A DNA stretch of 64,000 nt, from the NCBI GenBank assembly GCA_051362555.1, contig CM120643.1, positions 24,866,848-24,930,847 on the forward strand, read 5' to 3'. The stretch comes from Lingula anatina (taxonomy: Eukaryota; Animalia; Brachiopoda). This document shows, one piece after another, positions 52,773 to 64,000 of the stretch (positions within the stretch are counted from its first letter, which is position 1; each line of letters opens with the position of its first letter). A program made the translations under genes and the position numbers. A model generated the notes under the pieces. That model ran no database searches, was not told the origin of the DNA, and saw only the letters and a list, made by a program, of their open reading frames with translations.

Positions 52773-53994
52773 TACAACCCCAGATATATTTATCTGGCAC
52801 TCAACTCACATTAATCGGTTATATTTTTTTTCTCGAGAACTCATCGCGGCGAAAATTGTCAATTTCCTAAATGACACCATTGATACATCTCCGATGCCAT
52901 GCTTAGGATGAGTTTGTGCCAGTTTAAAACCAAAACCGATCTGAAATTAAAACACGTCACTATACATCACTTTTATTTGTCTGAAACCGATAAATGTCAT
53001 CAATTAATATGCAGTTGTAATGAGATGAGCGGTCAGCAAAAATCAGTTTAAATTCGGTGACCTCTAGTACGTATAACAAATGTCCCATTTACTGGGCATT
53101 TTTGTTGTTTTGAAACGTAAGAAATCTTTCTTAAGAAAGTGCTCTTGATAGACGTCGAAATAAACAAGAATCTCATTATTTGCTGTTGGTTGAAGAAAAC
53201 TCATCATGTTATTCCATGGATACATATGAAAAACACAGCCGATGAAATTCTTTTCTGACTCTTACGTATGCCATAGGGCTGTTTGACAGATATGCGGTAA
53301 ATTGCAAAAGGATTCGGTTAGTTTCAAGTTAAATGCAGTTTGAATGAAAAAGGAACCATAAACACACATGTGTAGATAGGCGTGTGCGAGTGTCGTGGTT
53401 TCGGACCGTCGTACGAAAATAGGACCTTTTACTGAATGTCACCATTCCTATTTGAACTGGATGGAGGGCCCTTCCCAAACAACTCAAATAGTATTGTGAC
53501 GTGAACAGTTATCGATCAACAAGGTAAATTCTACTTGATCATGTAGTGATCACTTAGAATTCCACATGCCATTTGCTTTTAATATGCTAGACTCGTTACG
53601 CCATTTTAGGCTAGGAAAAAAGCCTCGCCTTGTCTTTTTTATTGTGTATTTTATGCGGCCTTGAATATTGTGATACATTTTCGTGTTGAACACTCTATGG
53701 GTCTTTTAAAAGTTCACTATCCGAGTTTGAAAATGTCCGTTTTTTTTTTTTTGTTTTTTTTTATACCCTGCAAAACTACTTATCTTTTCCATTCAGACCT
53801 TTAAAACAACAAAACCCCTGAAATAAAAGTCCCTGATGTTGACACCTCCTTCAAAATAGCACGGGAGGCACCACAGATGTAAGTGGTCAGCCAGTCATTT
53901 AGAACTAAAGTAATAAATTGTATTTTTATATTTTATAGTTACAAAGAATCGCATGCGCGGGTCGAGCAATGAATCGAGAGTAGGAGATTTATCT

Positions 53995-54041
<47 letters not shown>

Positions 54042-54072
54042 TTATTATTATTATTATTTTTTTTTTTTTTTT
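53995..54072. repeat. (TTTA)n(TTA)n poly-T simple repeat
   Basis: Directly visible. Confidence 0.9.
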
Positions 54073-55201
54073 GAAAAAACGATTATGCGGGAAAATCCAG
54101 AATAGAACACCTTCAAATTACATATCTTCTTTTATTTTCATTTACTTACATTGATATTTCATTCTCACACATAAACATATCCAAGATAGAGCGGGCTAAG
54201 TTTGTTAGAAAAAATTCCTGTAAACCAGATTTTGATCGTACTCAGTGAATTTCTATTTCAGACAGGCATCATCTAGACATGCGCGGTTTGAAGATTAATT
54301 TTTGTCACATTTTACAATAAAGATTCACCGCCTGCAGTTTAGTTTATTAAAAATTCTTTTCTTGTTTGGGTCTCTTTAAGCGTTTGGAATAGAAAAGGTC
54401 ATTTTTTCCAACGTGTGATGCGCCAAGGGCGAGTGTGCGTGTTGAAACACATCCAAAAACTCATATGCAATCGCTATCTTCTTCAATCAAATACAAACGA
54501 CTGAATGACCCTATTTCATTTATGTAATAGTTCCTGAAACGTAAGTGTTGTGCAATAAACAACCTATTATTATTATTATTATATCAAAGCCGTTCTCAGC
54601 CTAAGAGAGACTAAATTTCCTCAAAATCACCTGCAAACACGTGCGATTAACTGTTGTATCCTGGCGAAGCTAAAGATAAAAGCTCCTTCCCTGTCTTAAA
54701 CAAGTGTGTATAAATAACAGTATATGGCAGCACCTTCCTTTTCTGAACGTTCCCCTGGCGTGCCATATCGGCTGTCGCATAAGCGCTGCGTGTGACATAA
54801 TACACTGTCACAGATGTGTGAGATACATACCGAGAAAAGGTACTTGCACCTCACCGAATAAAAAACGAGTATAAAAGGTACCCTCCACCAGGGTGGCAGA
54901 TTATACAGGGAAAAATGGAAAAAAGAGAGGCAAATGACTGGCTATTTATCTAGAGACATATCTGTGGAAAATCAATCTGTCGCCCTGGTTGAGGGTATAT
55001 AAAAAGCGTATATGACATAACATCTCTCGATATGCATATTCACAGATTTGCTGATCTTGGTTATGCGGGAAATATTCAGAAACAGAACTTGTGCCTCATA
55101 ATAAGTGTGGTATCCCATTTGCACCTCATTATAGCATATGCACACGCCCAGACATGTTGCATGTCTGAGACAATGGCGATTTGCACTTTTTATTCTGCTT
55201 A

Positions 55202-55325
55202 AGGGATGTTTTTTTCGGTAAAATGCAAGTACTGTCTCTTGGTATGTATAGCAACTGATACACTGCCACCGTCTCGTGATATATGCCTTAAAGACCGCGG
55301 GATATTCTGGCATATATCGCTCAGG
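55202..55325 (+). repeat. Interspersed repeat (family D-like)
   Basis: tgtttttYYcggtaaaat..agtact...acactgccRcc....gYgatatatgcctt...tattctggcatatRtcRctc is shared with 62519-62670. Confidence 0.65.
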
Positions 55326-55814
55326 TGCTCAGATGGCAATGAATTATTTCACGCGTATCTTACCAAAGTAGCCTTATTTTTTTATAGGTAAAAGTAATGT
55401 CGTGGGAGGCTATCTTAACGAGGCACTCCTCAACGCGTGACTGTAGTCGACTAATTTGGAAGAATGCACTCTTATACTCTGTGTAAAAACATTACCGGGT
55501 CTTTTGAGACGTCCATTATGGAGAGTCCGCCACCGAGTCGAGTTGTTTTCGAAGGAGCTCCCGGCAGCGACTTGCCGATGACGAGGTAGTTGCGTGTGTC
55601 TGAGCATACCTAGACTTACTTTCGTGAGACACGCGGAAATCACAGAGCGAGGAATCGAAATGTGGAAATGCGTTGTTATGACAAAACTTAATGAGGATAA
55701 TAGCTCTTTGCAAGCCATATTGCTGCATCAGATTACAAGATTCGCGTACTTCAGTTGATAAGGTGGGAACATGCTTTATACATTATACAACAAAGCATTT
55801 AAAGTTAAGTAAGA

Positions 55815-55850
55815 TTTGATTGGTCCTGTTGCTGTGCGGTGGGCGTGGCT
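55815..55850 (+). promoter_or_regulatory. Candidate promoter of the EGF-like gene (inverted CCAAT box and GC/KLF box)
   Basis: TGATTGG at 55817-55823 and GGGCGTGG at 55841-55848, about 350 bp upstream of the ATG. Confidence 0.4.
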
Positions 55851-56186
55851 ACAGGGACTTACAATGGAACGTCGTTTTGACAGTAGACTGATGACAGGGT
55901 TTCGTCCCATTTTGTAGGCGTAACATACGTGTTTACATCATGTAATATATCTCAACAGCAGTCAAGAAGCGAAAATGTGATGCAGAATTGAGAAAGGTAT
56001 TTCGATTCTCTCTCCGCCTCCCACTCGATTCTGCTCATCCAGAAAAAAAATGGCAATCAATAAATTTAATCATCGATAATTTATAGTTATCACGCCGATA
56101 ATTTTCTCCTGGGCTTGCCCAGGTTGCCATATAAGAAGAACAATTGGAGAGCGCCAATTAGAGTAACGATCAAAGTCGCGGGCACA

Positions 56187-56927
56187 ATGATGATGACAGG
56201 GCTTGGTGGACGGGGAATCTCTGTAAGGCCCGTTTGCAGATTGGAGTCACTCTGCTTTGTTATTTGCCTTCTTTCGGCGCTCTCTCTTTTGGCCCAAGCG
56301 AGCTTTCATAAAACACTCTTGTGCCATGGTTGCTTCAATGGCGGCAAGATGTATCTGCCCAAGGACCCATTCAGCAACTGTCGGTGTCGGTGTCAACTGG
56401 GGTACGCTGGATCGCGCTGCCAGTACCAGACCAGACGTAGCATTCGGTTTCTGGCTAACAGGCTCCACCGGAGCCATTGGAAGGAGCCTCCAGTCCCAGT
56501 GCATAACGAAACCGCACTCGAACACAGCCGCAGCGAAAAACCCACCTCCGCTTCGCTCTGGAAAGTAGCATTCGCAGACAAAAAGCACACACTGATTAAG
56601 ACCCTTTACGACTCCATATCTGAAAAAATTGAAGAAATATCAGAAAGAGTTGAAGAAGAGGGACAGGGATTTAATCGACCAACTGAGCCCCAAACTCCGA
56701 CAAATGTCCAAGAGAAGCATTATTGGGCAAGCCCATGGGAGATGACAGAAGAATTCATGTTGAAATTTCCTAAAGTGGGAAATAATAAAGATAACCAGAG
56801 GATTTTCAACGACGAACCTATTAGAAGACGACCGACCAATGGCCATTTTCTGTCTGGAAAAATACAAAGCAACACGAAAGACCAGCAACATATCAAGGCA
56901 TACCAGGCACCAGAAGTCGTCTTTTGA
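56187..56927 (+). CDS. Secreted precursor with one atypical EGF-like domain (246 aa from the first ATG)
   Basis: Long ORF. Hydrophobic signal-like segment LCFVICLLSALSLLAQA, then CHGCFNGG...CRCRCQLGYAGSRCQY (EGF C-x-C-x2-GY-x-G-x-R-C signature), then RR. No TM segment. Splice donor TTG|GTAAGT at 56937. Confidence 0.75.
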   Translation: MMMTGLGGRGISVRPVCRLESLCFVICLLSALSLLAQASFHKTLLCHGCFNGGKMYLPKDPFSNCRCRCQLGYAGSRCQYQTRRSIRFLANRLHRSHWKEPPVPVHNETALEHSRSEKPTSASLWKVAFADKKHTLIKTLYDSISEKIEEISERVEEEGQGFNRPTEPQTPTNVQEKHYWASPWEMTEEFMLKFPKVGNNKDNQRIFNDEPIRRRPTNGHFLSGKIQSNTKDQQHIKAYQAPEVVF

Positions 56928-58513
56928 AACACGTTGGTAAGTTTTGCTTACAATTTCAAATTCTTCTGCTTTTTAGCTACATTTTGCGTCAAGCATAAAT
57001 GCAAAATAAATATGGAACAAGATCAAAACGTCCGTTTCCTTTCAAACAGTTCTTTAAGCTTCTTGCTTTATGGTTTCTGTAAACTGTAAAGCAATAACTC
57101 TTATCAACAATGAATTGCTATCAAAATGTTCATATACGGAGATGGATAATTTGCTCTTTATTTTAAGTCCTATTTGGACTGAATTTGTGTTCGGTTTGAG
57201 TCGATCCATATTGAGTTTAACAAAATGGCGCTGAACTCATGTTTCAAAAATAAGTATAGGATTAGGAAAAGTGTCCCATTGAGTGGAAACAAAACTTCCA
57301 CAATTTTGTGCTGTGTATATTACAAACTATATAACAGTCAAAAATACCCGAACAAAGTCTGTTCACCCTGACAATTAGTTTGTTATTTCTTCCGTCTTAT
57401 ATTGTAGCTGCCCCATTTGTGTGTAAAACACGCATGTGCCCTTACATTGATCCGACTTATGTACAATGTAGTTCATTTTAGATCATGTATTAATAAATCA
57501 AACCCATACAAGTATGTTCTACCAATGGGAACTGATAAAACATAATATTTTGTGTTATGGACTTAATATATTATAACATTTACTAGTGCGTATAAAAGAA
57601 AAACCAACACCTTGACAAATCGTTCCATGCGTCGCTCTATCATTGCTTTTTATCCACTTAATCTCCTAACAAATCTTTGGCTCGATCGCTTATTAAATAC
57701 ATTAAGATAGACAGAGCGATCCATAAATCGCTTCCTTATTGCCCAAAAAAGTTATCTATCTGCATAAATGTCACCGTTAGGTGCTATCTAGATTGTAGGC
57801 GGAATCGCCGCCGCGTATCTGGTAAATTTTTAGTTTTTCTCCGAAAGCCATTGCCATATCAGCTAGACGATGTGTCTGTCGCCGAGGAACATTGCATTAT
57901 CTTTATTGGATTCACAGACTTTTGTATCAATCATTTGTTTCCCCTTTTGTTATACCCGGATGGTCAATGCGTTATCACCATTAAATGAACAGCGCTTAAC
58001 ACTAATCATCACACTTAACAAAAAAACTGTTCTTAATCCAAGTTTGGAGGAAGTACACTTAAACTTGTGTCACAGTTTCATGTAATGCCTGTACCAGAAT
58101 TGTTAGAAATGCTTGAAGAAGCATTACTTAAAGAATTTCTCAAAATGGGAGTTTTCGGAAAGCTTAAGTGCTTGTGCCATGTATTTTACCAGATCAAAAT
58201 TGGTGGTTAAGAGCAAGTCCTGCCAAATACACACAAATGTCTTCCTTATATATGCAAATTCATAAATATTCCATTATAGGCACCACATATAATACGTTTC
58301 AATATCCGTATATGTTTGGAAGGTCGATAACAAGAATAAATATTTGAAGCATTGGCAATTACATAATGGGTTCAAAACCCATTTGTCATCCGATGAGTGC
58401 TGGCAATGTTGTTGCGGCTTCTAAATTTAATTGCTCGTTTGAAACTACTATCAGTGAGTAACCACAAGGTGTTCTGTTTACGTAATGATTCCACTGGGTT
58501 TCTTTGATTTCAG

Positions 58514-58700
58514 CTTCTATGTCAGACGCACAGCACGGGAGGAGATCGTACGCACAGAGCAGTACATTGTATCAACCAGCAGTCTCAACTGAAACGCAAG
58601 AACCGACATTGCATATGGACCGGATCAAACAGCGAACCCAAACTATCAGGTAAAACAATCGGCGGGCAATCTGAAAGAGCTATGAAGTCAGTGACTTAAC
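58514..58700 (+). other. Candidate downstream exon of the EGF-like gene (3'UTR or alternative coding end); right boundary unknown
   Basis: Acceptor gtttctttgatttcag| at 58513, followed by sequence richer in GC than the preceding intron-like DNA. Confidence 0.45.
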
Positions 58701-60180
58701 AGAGGAACAAACGCGCAAAGAAGATAACAGCCCCACGCACAAAACTAGAGTCCCCCGAGTATTAGGCATCTTCATCTCCTCTCACCAACATGCCAGGTTT
58801 TGCAGAACTCTGAACAATATTCCGCCATGCCTCGAACAACTTCCTAGAAAATGCAAGCGTAGGAAACGTTTCATGTGATTGATTTCTGTGAAACTGACTA
58901 GAAAGATTGAATTACTCCGCAAAGATACAGTAAATACTTTTGGTTTAATCATTCGTAGGGCAGTTGCTCAGCTTCATATTAGAGCTAAGATCACTTATTG
59001 CAGATGTTTTTTTGTGACTTGCAATGACAAAACTAAAATAAGGTATTTGTAGGCTTACTGCTCTGTGTGTATGACAAGCAAATAATGCACATATATTGTA
59101 CCCACAAATGTGCGGTCATAGCAGTATTACAGTTCTCAATAGCATAAATACTTCAGACCTGTTGCTCATTATTCCATCGCCTTCTACAGGTGTTCTTTCC
59201 GTCCATTGTGTGTGTCATCTTATCTGTTCATTACATAAGTAAAATGTGTACTCCATACATTTCGAATGATCGACTCCGATGAAATATAAGCATAACCTCT
59301 TTCACAGACTAAAAGCAGTATGGTTAACCTCGATGATCAGTCGAATGCTTGTATTACTCGTACATTAACATTTGTTTCGATTTTGTACACTAAACAAATT
59401 GACAGAAGATACAGAGAATTTCTATTAGAACAGGCCTCGTAGAGTGTATATAGTCAGAACAAATTAAATTGTTCGACTGTCAGACACTAAATTTGCGGAA
59501 TAGATGGTTTGTTTGGCTTCACAAATTGCAATTATGACATTAGCCGTTATCTATAGTAGCAATATTGTTTATGTTTAATATATAGCTTTACTTTAAGGAT
59601 GTAAATAACTTCCTTGTTGATCAATCCAGTGCACGCGGTGGTGGCGTTTTTAAAAGCATAATTTAACCAGTCGTAATGTCACTTGTATGTTTCATACCCT
59701 CTGCCCCTTCGGTCTGTTTACGAAATCATAGGTAAATATTAAAAAAAGTGTTATATATAACTGTGTTGCACTGTTAAACCTAATCTCACAACCTAATCTT
59801 GTCACAAAGGCGAAAGGTGGAGATCGAAAAGAAGCTTCATAAAATAACATCCTGATACTGTAACTATGATTGATGCTGCATGGCGGATGCAGGCTATCAG
59901 AAAGGGAGGGGACAGAAAAAAATAGCCTATCCGTCGTTTTTTTCTTATAGAGCTAATTCCCCAGTGATGATTAACCTACATAAAACACTGTTATGTATCT
60001 TGTCTCCATCTTTTGCCAAGGACAAACAAGGGAGAAACGGTTGCCCATCATTCCATACCTTGGACCCGTTAAAATTCAAAAAGCATCTGGTACCTGTTTT
60101 GGGGGACTATATATGCGTATATCTTTTCGTTAAGGCAATCGGCTCCCAAATTTGGCGAATGGCATTTAAATGATAATCAT

Positions 60181-60632
60181 TCGCTAACCATGATATTTTA
60201 AAACCGCTGCCTAGACCTCACTGTTAGAATCTGCTAACCACGATATTTTACAACCGCTGCCTAGACCTCACTGTTAGAATCCGCTAACCATGATATTTTA
60301 AAACCGCTGCCTATACCCTACTGTTAGAATCTGCTAACCATGATATTCTAAAAACACTGCCTAGACTTCACTGTTAGAATCCGCTAACCATGATATTTTA
60401 AAACCGCTGCCTAGACCTCACTGTTAGAATCTGCTAACCATGATATTTTACAACCGCTGCCTAGACCTCACTGTTAGAATCCGCTAACCATGATATTTTA
60501 AAACCGCTGCCTGGACCCTACTGTTAGAATCTGCTAACCATGATATTCTAAAAACACTGCCTAGACGTCACTGTAAGAATCCGCTAACCGTGGTATTTTA
60601 AAACCGCTGCCTTGGCTTCACTGTTAGAATCC
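60181..60632. repeat. Minisatellite, 9 x 50 bp, with a 4-unit higher-order structure
   Basis: Unit CCGCTAACCATGATATTTTAAAACCGCTGCCTAGACCTCACTGTTAGAAT recurs every 50 bp with no spacers. Confidence 0.97.
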
Positions 60633-62242
60633 ATGGTACCCAACCAAACATTTCTCGGAATGATTCAGCCATGTCTACAACATAAACTAAGACTATTATT
60701 TTATATATCCAACATTGCAGAAAATAATCATAAAATAAAGGTAGAGAGTGAGAGAGAGAGAGAAAAAATAAATCTAGATTTCGACGCAAAATACTTTCCC
60801 TGGCTTGTCTCAACAGTTTTGTAGTACCAATGAACCATCCAGTTCTCAAGAGAAATGCTAAGCATAATGTTGTTCAAGAAGGTTAGTACGCCTTTCGGTA
60901 TTGGGAATTTTGCGTATGATTAATGTAATTACCTCTTTATAATCAAAACAAATATGGGCAGTTCTACCAAAAAAGATGCAAGAAAAAAGTTTAGCAAAAT
61001 GCACATGTATGTTTACGGCGAAGAATTCCATACCAGCTGTACATGTATTAGGCAGTCAACGTTTCAAAAGTAGATTCTACTTCTTCAACATTCATTTCGT
61101 GTATACACAGATGCAGTCTAGTCTAAACTAAGCAACAAAGCAGAGTCAAGATTGCACAAATCCCATTTGCGGTAAATGAACAGCACAAAAAGCAAATCAT
61201 TGGGTTCAAATAAAAGTAATATTTTGTGATAAGTTCGTGTTGTATGTTTCATATATAGTAGTATATGTCTCATTATGATAGGCTATGGAAAAACGAGGGA
61301 TTGATATGATCCGACGACGAAGATTTGCGTGAGAAAAATAAATATAAACGTCAAATTGTGTGTGTAATTTTTTAATGCAGTAATAAACAGGTCTTTGAGT
61401 GGATAACAAATTCCCGGTTGTGTCGTAAGGCCGCCAGTAGAGTGGTAACATAAACATTCGGAAAACGTTTGAAAATTAGCAACAGATTGTCTGAAGCCTC
61501 TCTGAAGAAATATAGGCAAAATTATGTTTTCTTTCTTTTTTCCCTTTTTTGTAGGAGTGTTGAAGACCATAGTTTACGTCATAATAGTTGGCGAAGACAC
61601 GCACTGAAATAAAAATTTTGCACTCATATTCACTAGGGACCGCAGCTGTTTCTTAAACAAGAAACAATAAAGCATACTTGTGCCTCTTGGCAATCTTTTA
61701 AATATGGATATTTAGTCTAGAGGGAGTCCCAACTGTATCTTGTATTTACATGTATAAACAAGGTTTAGGTTTAAGCAATAATCATCAACATCGGAAATTT
61801 TCTAATAATTTATTTTCAGATTGTTGGGAAAGTCTAAAACGTTTAAGTCCTGTCAGGCCAAAGTCCTGTCCTAGGAGTTACTTGAGACTTTATCACACAC
61901 GTGAAGATAATTTGCGATAACCCCAGCCGAAGGCTGGTTTAAAATTTACAATAAAAGTAACAAAACTGCGGTACTCGATGGATCATACTACTAGATTAAG
62001 GTTAAAAATCCACTTTAACACGCAAGAGAGAAAGAAATGTACCTTACAGAGAATACGTCAACATAACAGAATATCTAATTGACTTGTTTTCCGGAGCCCA
62101 CGCAATGCCTGGCGTTCACGTGATCGGTGCTGTTCGCGTGAGTTGTTCAATTTTAAGAACACGTAGGAAGTAATGCTGATTTTGAGCGGACATCATTGAC
62201 ACATTTGTCCTGGGTCCTTGTCGGCGCACAGCTTTGATATTA

Positions 62243-62457
62243 GAGCGCATTCCCAGATATTTAGATCGATCTAACTAGATCGACCTAACTCCGCTGGGGT
62301 TCACGCTAAATAGCTGTCAGCCGAGCGCTCACTGTAGTTAATTACCCCCTTACAGCTTTTTGTAGGCGGGACAGACATTTAAGCCGTCTAAGCTGACAGT
62401 AATCTAGTGAGACTCCCCACAGGGATAGATCGATCTAAAATCTGTGGGAATGGGGTC
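62243..62457 (+). mobile_element. MITE family A, copy 3
   Basis: TTA|GAGCGCATTCCCAGATA...TCTGTGGGAATGGGGTC|TAA, closely similar to 1514-1713. Confidence 0.85.
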
Positions 62458-62518
62458 TAAGAATATACATACGTACAGATGTTATGTGACAATGGCAATA
62501 TGGGCTTATTCGGTTTAA

Positions 62519-62670
62519 GAGGTGTTTTTCCGGTAAAATATCAGTACTTTCTCTTTATGTCATATAACACACTGCCGCCCTCTGGCGATATATGCCTTGA
62601 ACACCTTTCTCTCAGGCAAGAAGTATTCTGGCATATGTCACTCCGGTGACAGTTTGTCATCTCACACGAG
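62519..62670 (+). repeat. Interspersed repeat (family D-like) with an internal inverted repeat
   Basis: Similar to 55202-55325. gcgatatatgcc pairs with ggcatatgtcac. Confidence 0.6.
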
Positions 62671-63800
62671 GAGATGAACTCCCTCTACTCGAACCGTCCG
62701 TTCACAACGCCCTCCTTCTCTTCAACCCGGCTGTATACTGACAGTAACACCATATTGTGGTACCTTGAAAATCCGTATATGGTATCCTTCGTATCTAAAA
62801 ATTATGATTCACACCAAAAGTATTTCATTTTCATATCTTCTATACATAATAAATGGGTTATTTGGCTCTTTGTTCCCCAACCCTTTGTAAAGATGTTTGA
62901 GGAATTTCCATACACGTTCAAAGTGTACGTTATACATCTATACACACGACCATATATATATATAAAGCCTCATCTAACACTAAAAAAGCAATGGGCAGAA
63001 TGATAAAACATTTCGCTTCGCATCATTCGAAAAATTTGTTATATTAGTTTGAAGACAATTTAACCATGATACGTAGGACAAAATTATGGAAAATCTTTTT
63101 TGTTTTAGGGGAAATATCTTAAGTTGGAGGGGGAGTTGGCACCTATTGTGTTATCTTCTGGGTTTTTCATTGATATTATGTGTGCAAGGCCACAGTTTTT
63201 CACCACACTGAAAACGCGTAAAAATCCGGTACAAACATCTAATATTTTTTACTTTGTCCTATATAGAATATATATAATATATATCAAATTCGTAACAAAA
63301 ATTTTCTTTCTACAACTATATGAATGGCAGCAGTTGCAGTCTGAAAAGAATGAAATTCTTTTTAAGTATTCCGCACTGCTAAAGATAATCAAATTTTCAA
63401 GCTATTGTTCCCATTGCTAAACCCGGCCTGCGTACATTAGGGAGCAATTTACTCAAAATGATTTACTTAACTGTTCCGGTAATTGAGTTACCCAAGAAGA
63501 CCCTGTGCTTCAAGCCGTGATCCAGTAATTCTGTTAAGGAAGCTCTATGAGGACTATGTGACTGTGAAGATATTACCCGCACGTCATTTGGCCCAGCTAA
63601 ACAGCATCGAATTGTATCAGATACTGAAGTATTAATAGAAAGAAAAACACACAGTGGGTCCCTCGGGTTTAAGGTGCCTGTCCCCGTGGTGCAGAGAATG
63701 AAACCATAAGATATTCCTGCAATATGGTCTTTGTAGGGCTATTCGCGAAGTAGGCCTACGTTAATACCTCACAGCTACTAAGGTATCTTTCTGCAGCTCA

Positions 63801-63870
63801 GGCCCCATTCCCATAGACACCATCGGCCCTTTGCGGGGACTCTTGCTGACTGCAACCCCCCAATAAACAC
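63801..63870 (+). mobile_element. MITE family B left-end fragment
   Basis: tca|GGCCCCATTCCCATAGACACCATCGG..gcggggactcttgctgactgcaa matches the start of 52534. Confidence 0.7.
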
Positions 63871-64000
63871 ACATACCTTGGTGTCACCCAGCAACTGAAT
63901 TCCAAAACCCTGCTATGGCTAGCCGTAATAACGTTTACTAGTTTTATCAGCACGAAAAACAAAAACATGACAGGTCGATACAAATAAATACCTTGTAAAT

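Noticed and set aside
56115-56186. TTG-initiated N-terminal extension given by the ORF track (also 39925-39975 for TP53RK)
   Set aside because: Non-ATG starts are artefacts of the bacterial-style caller. In-frame ATGs at 56187 and 39924 fit better
56925-56927. TGA as selenocysteine in the EGF-like gene
   Set aside because: No redox motif context and no recognisable SECIS downstream
60181-60632. CRISPR-like regular repeats
   Set aside because: Units are contiguous with no unique spacers and no cas genes, in a eukaryotic context

Overview
AT-rich, intron-containing animal genomic DNA, probably a marine invertebrate (lophotrochozoan or mollusc-like by inference; the species cannot be determined). 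Four genes can be built from the sequence. TP53RK/Bud32 (2 exons, minus strand) lies head-to-head with a divergent GDAP1-family tail-anchored GST-fold gene (6 coding exons, plus strand). That gene lies tail-to-tail with an intronless FIT-family gene (FITM2-like, minus strand). The fourth gene is an unnamed secreted precursor with one atypical EGF-like domain followed by a dibasic site (plus strand, about 56.2-56.9 kb). The first ~38 kb holds no convincing protein-coding gene. The non-genic DNA is filled with non-autonomous DNA transposons (Harbinger-, Kolobok-, Ginger- and hAT-like), decayed Tc1, RTE-X and Tx1 fragments, two minisatellites and many microsatellites. The most notable observations are four: the EGF-like propeptide with a displaced cysteine; a GDAP1-FITM2(-TP53RK) arrangement echoing human 20q13.12; two 26-29 bp palindromes flanked by exact 7-bp duplications that resemble P-type excision footprints; and a minisatellite that grew inside a MITE. 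No CRISPR array, tRNA or rRNA gene is evident. Most ORFs in the supplied track are spurious.
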